Shown here in pieces: positions 57,683-64,000 of a stretch of 64,000 bases of DNA. The notes under the pieces were generated by a model. That model was not told the origin of the DNA. It worked only from the letters and a program-made list of their open reading frames with translations, and made no database searches. The position numbers and the translations under genes are program-made. Source of the stretch: a virus (Duplodnaviria; Caudoviricetes); IMG/VR virus record IMGVR_UViG_3300022666_000111. One strand, given 5' to 3'. Numbering within the stretch: position 1 is the stretch's first letter; every line of letters begins with the position of its first letter.

Positions 57683-57766
57683 GTACTGGTGGTGGAATGG
57701 TAGACACGCACCGTAGAAGGTGTGCCGCTTGCAACGGCTTTGGGGGTTCAACTCCCCTCCAGTATT
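57683..57766 (+). tRNA. tRNA-Leu(UAG)-like with shortened anticodon loop
   Basis: Leu-type D-arm and variable arm; GCACC-GTAGAA-GGTGT. Confidence 0.55.
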
Positions 57767-57773
57767 CAGAGAC

Positions 57774-57848
57774 CGGCCGGTCATCCAACGGTAAAGATAC
57801 GTGCCTGATAAGCACGGCATGGTGGTTCAACTCCACTCCGGCCGACCA
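57774..57848 (+). tRNA. tRNA-Ile(GAU)
   Basis: cloverleaf; loop CTGATAA; encoded CCA. Confidence 0.85.
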
Positions 57849-58004
57849 ATCGCAGATGAATGCAGGGACTACATTTGGAAAACCCGTGCCCTAACGGGCG
57901 GGCAGGTTCGAATCCTGTCGGATCGGCGCAAGCTGGTCCGTGGCGGAGCTGGCAGACGCGCGGGTGCCGCAAGGCATGCTGTCTCTCAAATCCCTTGCTG
58001 CGAT
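57849..58004 (+). ncRNA. Y-RNA-like element Y7 (permuted tRNA-Ser(GGA) cargo)
   Basis: ATCGCAG...GAATG...GGGACTACAT-TTGGAAA-ACCCG, variable arm, T-arm, capped acceptor, D-arm, CGGGT...CTTG-CTGCGAT. Confidence 0.85.
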
Positions 58005-58029
58005 TTTCCTTTGTTGGGACGCTTAGGGT

Positions 58030-58860
58030 ATGGCTTTCCCGAATGCGATCCCCGAGCGTGAGCAGTACATCCTCCAGCAGGTCCAAGCGGGTAACTTCGA
58101 AGCCCGATGGTCTTCGATCGTTTCAACCGCAGGGGACCACACGGCCGTCTTCATCGTCATGGCGGATGCCCTCAAGGTTGACGGCGTCCGGGTCAACGTT
58201 TCAGCCAGGCTGGAACAACAGATCGCGGACGTCCTCAACGCCTCGCTCTTGACGCCGAAGCTCGCCGACCTCATTTGGGCACAGCGCCTTGTCGACGTTG
58301 CCCCCAAGCCTCGAGCGATCACGTCCTCAACTCAAGCCATGCTGGCTCAAAGCCAAGCCTTGGACGCCGCCGTAGCGGGGCAGGACGGGCTTGTTTGCAC
58401 GGTAGGGAAGCATTGGGTCATTGACAAAGACCTCGCGGCTCATCCGGGCAAGGCGGAGAACTACGGCTGGCACTTCCACGGCTCGAGCTTTCAAGGGATC
58501 ACCGGAGAGGTTTGCGCCTCCCTCATGAAGGGTCCCAACGGCGCCTACGTCCGGCTCATCCAAGGACGCGGGTGGGCGCATGATATGAGCCACGTTGACT
58601 ACAGCCAGAATTGCGTGCTTGTCGCCAAGCAATGCTGGGTTGACGGCGCTTTGATGAACCTCTCGGACGTCTTGACCAACCCCGACCTTGCCGCCCTGGC
58701 AAGCCACAACGGGGTCACGACGATCCTTCGGCAGCCCGGGGTCGACACACTTGAATCCATCGAGTACGACCTCGTAGCCTTCCCCGAGGGCCTTGCGCTC
58801 TCGTCACCCCCTGACGGATTCCCGCAATGGGTTCTGGACCTTCTCGGCACTTCATGTTGA
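58030..58860 (+). CDS. hypothetical protein
   Basis: 276-aa ORF with GC3-rich codon usage. Confidence 0.75.
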   Translation: MAFPNAIPEREQYILQQVQAGNFEARWSSIVSTAGDHTAVFIVMADALKVDGVRVNVSARLEQQIADVLNASLLTPKLADLIWAQRLVDVAPKPRAITSSTQAMLAQSQALDAAVAGQDGLVCTVGKHWVIDKDLAAHPGKAENYGWHFHGSSFQGITGEVCASLMKGPNGAYVRLIQGRGWAHDMSHVDYSQNCVLVAKQCWVDGALMNLSDVLTNPDLAALASHNGVTTILRQPGVDTLESIEYDLVAFPEGLALSSPPDGFPQWVLDLLGTSC

Positions 58861-58894
58861 CCGTAGCCTAGTGGTAAGGCGCCTTGACTTTGAA
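58857..58894 (+). pseudogene. tRNA-Gln(UUG) 5' half
   Basis: TTGACCG acceptor strand, D-arm, CTTGA-CTTTGAA, then truncated. Confidence 0.7.
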
Positions 58895-58918
58895 CCATGC
58901 CCGTGCCACTCTTCGTTC

Positions 58919-59425
58919 ATGCATCAACGTTATACGCGGGCGCGTCTTGAAGAGGCTGTGGCTCAAAGCACTTGTTGGGCTGACGTTTGCAGGTACTTCG
59001 GTAGGGCACAATCCGGAGGATCCCGAAACCACATTCAGCGGCGTGTCCGTGAGGAGAACATCTCAACGTGCCATTTTGTTGGGGACGGGCGCGGAATGCA
59101 TTGGGCTAAAGGGGTAGCTCCGCCGAATCGTAAGGCAGCGAAAGACCTTTTGTGCCGTGACGTGGGAAGGAAACGCCCCCCACAAGCCCAACGGCTTCGA
59201 CGCGCCTTGACGGAGCTGGGTGTTCCCTATATCTGCTCGAAGTGCGGTAGCCCACCCATGTGGCAAGGTACCCCTTTACTGTTACAGATTGATCACCGAA
59301 ACGGTAACCGTACGGACAATCGTCCTGAAAATCTTCGGTTCATGTGCCCTAATTGTCATTCTCAAACGGACAACTGGGGCCGAAAAAGTACTTGTGGTGG
59401 CGGTAGCTCAAAGGAAGAGCTTTAG
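58919..59425 (+). CDS. HNH homing endonuclease
   Basis: LQIDHRNGNRTDNRPENLRFMCPNCHSQT; paralog of 25436..26119. Confidence 0.9.
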   Translation: MHQRYTRARLEEAVAQSTCWADVCRYFGRAQSGGSRNHIQRRVREENISTCHFVGDGRGMHWAKGVAPPNRKAAKDLLCRDVGRKRPPQAQRLRRALTELGVPYICSKCGSPPMWQGTPLLLQIDHRNGNRTDNRPENLRFMCPNCHSQTDNWGRKSTCGGGSSKEEL

Positions 59426-59467
59426 GTTGTGGCCCTAAAGATGGGAGTTCGATTCTCCTCCGTCACA
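59397..59467 (+). tRNA. tRNA-His(GUG)
   Basis: cloverleaf; loop TTGTGGC; overlaps the HNH 3' end. Confidence 0.8.
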
Positions 59468-59492
59468 CCGGGTTCGATTCCCGTCGGTCGAC
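59468..59492 (+). pseudogene. tRNA-Gln 3' fragment
   Basis: T-arm plus CGGTCGA, complementary to TTGACCG at 58857. Confidence 0.65.
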
Positions 59493-59525
59493 CCTATCGT
59501 TCTTCTTAAGCAATCCCTTCTGAAG

Positions 59526-59598
59526 GCCCTCGTAGTTCAGCGGACAGAACTCCCCTCTCCTAAAGGGGGTGCCAGAGGTTCGACTCCTCTCGAGGGCG
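59526..59598 (+). tRNA. tRNA-Arg(CCU)
   Basis: cloverleaf; loop CTCCTAA. Confidence 0.9.
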
Positions 59599-59641
59599 CC
59601 TAAAGCGCCTCACGGAGGTTCGAATCCTCCTGGGGGTGCCA
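59599..59641 (+). pseudogene. orphan tRNA 3' half (Arg-like)
   Basis: CCTAA...GGAGG-TTCGAAT-CCTCC-TGGGGGT-GCCA. Confidence 0.65.
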
Positions 59642-59659
59642 TCCGGTGTAGAGATACAT

Positions 59660-59899
59660 GCCCCTGCTGCCGGACGGAACCGGCGTCGGAAAACGGAACC
59701 GAAGGCTTAAACGCTATGGCATGACGAAAGTCGACAAGTAGGGTACGGTTGCGGATGCACCGAACAACGCCTCCCCTGGTAACAGGGTGGACCTAGCCGC
59801 AAATTGCCGTTGTAGGGAAGCGCGTTTACCAACCGAACGTCGAGCCCCTGGTAATGCTTGGGTTCATGACTTGTGCGGGTTCGACTCCCGCCAGGGGCG
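59660..59899 (+). ncRNA. 240-nt RNA with tRNA-like ends and a large internal domain
   Basis: GCCCCTG/CAGGGGC acceptor, D-like hairpin, perfect T-arm GCGGG-TTCGACT-CCCGC. Confidence 0.65.
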
Positions 59900-59921
59900 C
59901 TATCCGGTGTAGACGATCGGC

Positions 59922-60350
59922 ATGCCCATTTACTCAAACTTCGACTTGATGCTTCGAGACATGGTGGGCTACATCCGAACCACGGGGACGGAGATTCTTG
60001 CTTCGGACGATCCCAGGCGACAGCTTATCGGTTTCACCGCTTTGATTGGCGAATACCGATGGGAGATTCCGATGCACGCCATGATGGGGACAACGTCCTT
60101 GGACACCAGTGTGCTTCGAACTTCCGCTGGTCGGATGGCTTTGATTCACGCCTTGGCGGTTCAGGCGCGTGAGGGTGTAATACCTGATGCCTCTTACGTG
60201 AGCCCACATGAGCAGTTCCAACGAACGTGGAATGCTAACGCAGCTCCCCTTCAGCTTGACATTGACACCCCAGAGGAAGAGAAGCCCGCTGAGGAGTCTG
60301 GTCGGACGGCATTTGATAGGCTTCTCGACGACGATAACATGGAGCCATAG
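59922..60350 (+). CDS. hypothetical protein
   Basis: GGTGTAG motif upstream; ends TAFDRLLDDDNMEP. Confidence 0.65.
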   Translation: MPIYSNFDLMLRDMVGYIRTTGTEILASDDPRRQLIGFTALIGEYRWEIPMHAMMGTTSLDTSVLRTSAGRMALIHALAVQAREGVIPDASYVSPHEQFQRTWNANAAPLQLDIDTPEEEKPAEESGRTAFDRLLDDDNMEP

Positions 60351-60417
60351 GGGAGAGGCTGTCCCCGTCTGCCTGTCACGCAGAAGATCGCGGGTTCAAA
60401 TCCCGTTGGTTCCGCCA
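60341..60417 (+). tRNA. tRNA-Asp(GUC)
   Basis: cloverleaf; loop CTGTCAC; encoded CCA. Confidence 0.85.
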
Positions 60418-60551
60418 CGATGAATGCTGCTGGGATTACACTATCCACCCTGGATGTCGCGGGTTCAAGTCCCGTCGCTCGGCCTAGCCGGGTGTGGACC
60501 AGATGGTAGGTCGCCAGGCCAAAACGAATCTCTGCGCGTCTTGTCATCGTG
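60416..60551 (+). ncRNA. Y-RNA-like element Y8 (permuted tRNA cargo, UCC/Gly-like)
   Basis: CACGATGA-ATG...GGGATTACAC-TATCCAC-CCTGG, T-arm, CGCTCGG/CCGGGTG, D-arm, CCAGG...CTTG-TCATCGTG. Confidence 0.85.
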
Positions 60552-60556
60552 ACTAT

Positions 60557-60628
60557 AGAGGTGTACGCATCTGGTGAGGCGATCCGGCTGTCTACCGGAC
60601 GAGGCGGGTTCGATTCCCGTCACCTCTG
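60557..60628 (+). tRNA. tRNA-Asp(GUC)
   Basis: cloverleaf; loop CTGTCTA. Confidence 0.8.
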
Positions 60629-60630
60629 CC

Positions 60631-60765
60631 GACGAATGATCGGTGGACTACACTACCAAGGGGTTCCAACCCCGGCGCCTTGTGGGGGCAGATCCCACCG
60701 TGTTCTGCTTGCGGAGCACGACCGGCATTTAGAAGGGCGCCATACGTCTACCAACCCTTGTCGTC
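60631..60765 (+). ncRNA. Y-RNA-like element Y9
   Basis: GACGA-ATG...GGTGGAC-TACAC...GTCTACC...CTTG-TCGTC. Confidence 0.75.
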
Positions 60766-60771
60766 ACGGTT

Positions 60772-60845
60772 TGCGGAGTGGAGCAGTCTGGCAGCTCGTC
60801 AGCCCCATAAGCTGAAGGTCGGTGGTTCGAATCCACCCTCCGCTT
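60772..60845 (+). tRNA. tRNA-Met(CAU), initiator-like
   Basis: unpaired 1:72, GGAGCAGTCTGGCAGCTC D-arm, loop CCCATAA. Confidence 0.8.
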
Positions 60846-60847
60846 CT

Positions 60848-61342
60848 ATGCTTGCCTGCGTCGATGTTCACTACTTGCCGAACGACGAAGCTCGGGCAGC
60901 CTGCATCATCTTTCCGGATCCTGCAACCGACGTTGTTGCTTGGTCCGGCACGGTGATGGTTCAAGGCGTCGCCCCGTACGTCCCGGGGGCCTTCTATCAG
61001 CGAGAGCTGCCTTGCCTCAAGGCGATCCTCGCGAGGGCACCGGACTTCGATACGATCTTCGTGGATAGCTACGTCAACCTCGGCTCCAAGCCTGGGATGG
61101 GGCAGTACTTGTACGACCTCTATGGGGGCCGCATCGCGGTCATAGGGGTCGCCAAGACGCTCTTCGCGGGCGCACCCTCAGCGGTTGTATCACGCAACGG
61201 GGCGAGCCCCTTGTATGTGACGGCCGCTGGAAAATCCCTTGCGGAGGCTGTGCGAATTGTGACGAGTATGCACGGTCCCTACCGCCTTCCGACACTTCTC
61301 AAGCGCGTTGACTCCCTGTGTCGCGGGCTTGGGCAACCGTAG
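60848..61342 (+). CDS. endonuclease V-like protein
   Basis: CVDVHY, PYVPGAFYQRELP, VDSY, IGVAK, HGPYRLPTLLKRVD. Confidence 0.85.
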   Translation: MLACVDVHYLPNDEARAACIIFPDPATDVVAWSGTVMVQGVAPYVPGAFYQRELPCLKAILARAPDFDTIFVDSYVNLGSKPGMGQYLYDLYGGRIAVIGVAKTLFAGAPSAVVSRNGASPLYVTAAGKSLAEAVRIVTSMHGPYRLPTLLKRVDSLCRGLGQP

Positions 61343-61581
61343 GAGATCACCATGCTGTTCTGGAGGTACACTCCACCCTAGCCTCCTTTCTACCAAGAAA
61401 GGAGGTGCCCATGTGCAAATGGTGTGAACGGGCATCTGAGCTACTTGGTCGGCCCTACATGTGCCGACCTTGCTGGCGTCGGATGTACCGCAACAAGAAG
61501 CGGGCAAAGTGACGACTTGGCCGGTGTGCGCACAACCCTGGCCACCAAGAACATAGCAACGAGGCGCACTTCGTTGCTCAT

Positions 61582-61656
61582 GGGGCCTTAGCTCACTTGG
61601 GAGAGCACAAGACTGGCAGTCTTGGGAAGGGGGTTCGAATCCCCCAGGCTCCACCA
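61582..61656 (+). tRNA. tRNA-Ala(GGC)
   Basis: G3:U70 pair; loop CTGGCAG; encoded CCA. Confidence 0.9.
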
Positions 61657-61679
61657 TCTCCTTGTAATTGCGTCTGGTT

Positions 61680-62438
61680 ATGCACAACGTCCAGCGTTAC
61701 GGATGGCAACCGGACATCCCAGATTCGCGTGACCGGCTTCACATGGTAGCACGGAGCGTCCTTCGGGCACTTCCGAATACCGTCGACCTCACCGCAGGGT
61801 TCCCTGGTGTTTATGACCAGGGGGACCTCGGGTCTTGCACCGCCAATGCTATCGGCAGCGCCGTCATCTTCGACATCATGTCCCAAGGGCTGCCCGGCTT
61901 CATGCCTTGTCGGCTTCAGATCTACTACGACGAGCGCGTCATTGAGCACACGATCAAGACGGATGCTGGCGCGCAGATTCGTGACGGGATCAAGGTCATT
62001 GCGAAGAATGGTGTGGCCCCCGAAGATCTCTGGCCGTATGACATCGCCAAGTTTGCGAAGAAGCCTCCGCAGAAGGTCTACGACGCCGCGATCAAGCACA
62101 AGGCGGTTCAGTACGAGCGTGTTGCACGCACCGAGGCTCAGCTATGCGGGGCACTTGCAGGCGGACACCCTGTTGTCTTCGGATTCTCGGTCTACGATAG
62201 CTTCGAGAGCGATCGGGTGGCGAAGACGGGCATTGTCAACATGCCCAAGAAGACAGAGAGCCTACTTGGTGGGCACGCGGTTGTCGCGGTCGGGTACAAT
62301 AAGAAGACTCGGCGCTTTCTCATCCGCAATTCTTGGGGGATTGGATGGGGAAAGAAGGGGTACTTCACGATGCCGTTCGACTACCTCTTGGATTCTAACC
62401 TCTCCGATGACTTCTGGGTCATCAAGGTTGTGTCTTGA
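61680..62438 (+). CDS. papain-like cysteine peptidase (C1A)
   Basis: DQGDLGSCTANA, GGHAVVAVGY, RNSWG. Confidence 0.92.
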   Translation: MHNVQRYGWQPDIPDSRDRLHMVARSVLRALPNTVDLTAGFPGVYDQGDLGSCTANAIGSAVIFDIMSQGLPGFMPCRLQIYYDERVIEHTIKTDAGAQIRDGIKVIAKNGVAPEDLWPYDIAKFAKKPPQKVYDAAIKHKAVQYERVARTEAQLCGALAGGHPVVFGFSVYDSFESDRVAKTGIVNMPKKTESLLGGHAVVAVGYNKKTRRFLIRNSWGIGWGKKGYFTMPFDYLLDSNLSDDFWVIKVVS

Positions 62439-62469
62439 TAGCACGTGCCGGAGACACCTCCGGCAGAAT

Positions 62470-62541
62470 GGGGCTTTAGTTCACCCGGGAGAACGCGACC
62501 CTCGCACGGTCGAGAAAGGGGTTCGAATCCCCTAAGCTCCA
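62470..62541 (+). tRNA. tRNA-Ala(CGC)
   Basis: G3:U70 pair; loop CTCGCAC. Confidence 0.88.
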
Positions 62542-62545
62542 CTAT

Positions 62546-62616
62546 GGGCTTGTAGGTCAAGGGGAGACCGGCTGGTTTGCACCCAGCAAATCCGGGTTCG
62601 ATTCCCGGCTTGTCCA
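62546..62616 (+). tRNA. tRNA-Ala(UGC) with mismatched acceptor stem
   Basis: loop TTTGCAC; two U:U pairs in the acceptor. Confidence 0.7.
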
Positions 62617-62696
62617 CTGACACCTTGGTGCCGCGTCGCTTGCACGGCGACCTGTGTAAGAGCCCCCGAAGGGCCGCTTCTCGGTGTCTACTGTTT

Positions 62697-62779
62697 GGGG
62701 CCGTAGCTCACATGGCGGGAGCAACCACCGGAATGATCAACCGGGCGGAAGGGGAAAGGTTCAATTCCTTTCGGCTCCA
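62697..62779 (+). tRNA. tRNA-Ala-like with aberrant anticodon arm
   Basis: GGGGCCG/CGGCTCC-A acceptor; CCGG-AATGATCAA-CCGG. Confidence 0.55.
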
Positions 62780-63149
62780 CCGAAGATGGCCGCAAGTTCA
62801 CGGTCGGAAACGCCCACGTTGTTGGGCGCCGTAGGCTTGCCGATGTCAATTGCTTCGATCGCGCGGGCCTCTTCCTCGGAGAGCCCCATACCATCAAGCT
62901 GCTCAAAGCGCGCCTGACGACGGCAATCAAGAAACACACGGGTCGCAATCTTGCTTTGCTTGACCCCAAAGTAGCTGGATAGGAAGTGTAGGAACCGCTC
63001 GAAGTCCTCCATGAACGCGATGCATTCAGATTCTGGCGCGCCCGTTTGGATTCGAAGCTCTCTAGCTTGCTTGAGCAAACCCTTGTGCATGATAAGACCT
63101 TGCAAGTCGTTCCCTAAGTCTACACCGTCCAGGTGTAGGAGAGGTGGTC

Positions 63150-63569
63150 ATGTCGCGCATACCTAGACGCAAAAGCCGCAAAATCACTGTTGATGGCAAG
63201 CCCTATAGGTGGCTCCTTAAGGGCGGGCGGTCAAGGTATCGCGGCAACAGCGCGGCGTGTTTGACGCTTGTCGTTCAAGAGGACGCTGAGAAGCCTGGCG
63301 ACCCGATCGTCGCGGACTTCGTGTCCATGCGGCTCACGGCGGATATGGACGAGAACTACGGGCCGCCGCACAAGGCGACCTTCTCCCCCGGCGACGTCGC
63401 CAAGGCGATCCGGAAGGCCCTCCAAGAGGGTTGGGAGCCGAGCGTGTCAACGGGCAAGGTGTTCGTCTACAAGGTCGACTTCTCCTTGAGTGACTACGCC
63501 TTCGAACTTCCCAAGGAGAAGCCCCGCCCCCGGGACTACTTCGATAAGCTCCTCGGTGACTTTTTCTAG
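63150..63569 (+). CDS. hypothetical protein
   Basis: RKITVDGKPYRW...PGDVAKAIRKALQEGWEP; ends RDYFDKLLGDFF. Confidence 0.7.
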   Translation: MSRIPRRKSRKITVDGKPYRWLLKGGRSRYRGNSAACLTLVVQEDAEKPGDPIVADFVSMRLTADMDENYGPPHKATFSPGDVAKAIRKALQEGWEPSVSTGKVFVYKVDFSLSDYAFELPKEKPRPRDYFDKLLGDFF

Positions 63570-63573
63570 CAAT

Positions 63574-63645
63574 GCTGGTCTAGCCCTCGTGGGAAGGCAA
63601 CGCCATGGTAAGGCGACGAGATGGGTTCGACTCCCATGACCAGCT
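63574..63645 (+). tRNA. tRNA-Thr(GGU)
   Basis: cloverleaf; loop ATGGTAA. Confidence 0.8.
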
Positions 63646-63754
63646 CAAAGGCGGTAGGCTGTGTGCCTGCTCAGCCCGGGTAACAGCCCCGAGACATTCC
63701 GTCATCAACAGGGCTGTCGGACACGGCGCCGATCCGTGACCCTGTCGGCGACTT

Positions 63755-63826
63755 GCGGGTGTAGCCTACTGGTGAGGCATCACGTTGCCAACGTGACCCA
63801 GGTGGGTTCGATTCCCATCACCCGCT
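63755..63826 (+). tRNA. tRNA-Gly(GCC)
   Basis: cloverleaf; loop TTGCCAA. Confidence 0.9.
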
Positions 63827-64000
63827 CCGGCTTCGTCCCGTCTTAGCCTGCCCTCGAAAAGCAGGTCGCCAACCTCTCGTAAGGGATAAGGGCGCGGGGC
63901 GCGGCGAATAATGTGTCCCGTGTTTGCTCGTCCGAAGCGTAGTAGAACGGCCTACGCAGGCAGCACGGGGTTCATGCAAAGGTCAGGGACTCATCGCCGA

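Noticed and set aside
59660-59899. Canonical tmRNA (ssrA)
   Set aside because: No GGGG 5' end or G3:U70 pair, and no terminated tag ORF.
54291-60765. CRISPR array interpretation of the recurring GAATG...TACA motif
   Set aside because: Copies are not identical or regularly spaced, are conserved by base-pairing rather than sequence, and no cas genes are present.
63948-63970. CCTACGCAGGCAGCACGGGG resembles 16S rRNA 341-357
   Set aside because: Short, gapped match; the h14 hairpin is not preserved and the bases pair within a different local stem. Truncated by the window edge.
1-64000. Stop-codon reassignment
   Set aside because: Recognisable genes are full-length under code 11 and end in TAG, TGA and TAA.

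Overview
High-GC, gene-dense segment of a large (jumbo-type) bacteriophage genome. There are no host housekeeping operons, but many short orphan ORFs, HNH and EndoVII nucleases, and a cluster of about 25 tRNA genes at 52.6-63.8 kb. A myxobacteria-like lipoprotein hints at a Myxococcota host (inference). Recognisable proteins: CCA-adding enzyme, Ro60/TROVE, RlaP-like Pol-beta nucleotidyltransferase, PTH2-like protein, thymidine kinase, dCTP deaminase, three tandem DNA methyltransferases, two sigma-like factors, GHKL ATPase, ArdC-like protein, two papain-like peptidases, endonuclease V and a tail-fibre-like protein. Main discovery: nine copies of a covarying Y-RNA-like scaffold (stem-GAAUG...GGAnUACAY-[cargo]...YUUG-stem) are interleaved with the tRNAs, each carrying different cargo. 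Cargoes include circularly permuted tRNAs that keep their anticodons, a bare anticodon stem-loop, and a 58-nt copy of the 23S rRNA L11-binding (GTPase-associated) domain with compensatory changes. With the phage Ro60 this looks like a modular RNA-decoy/repair system. Also notable: a shared acidic-aromatic motif at or near the C-terminus of about 20 unrelated proteins; a TTGATC promoter at a fixed 33-nt offset from ATG (leaderless genes); HNH-tRNA cassettes; and a possible ochre-suppressor tRNA. All calls were made by eye, with no database searches.
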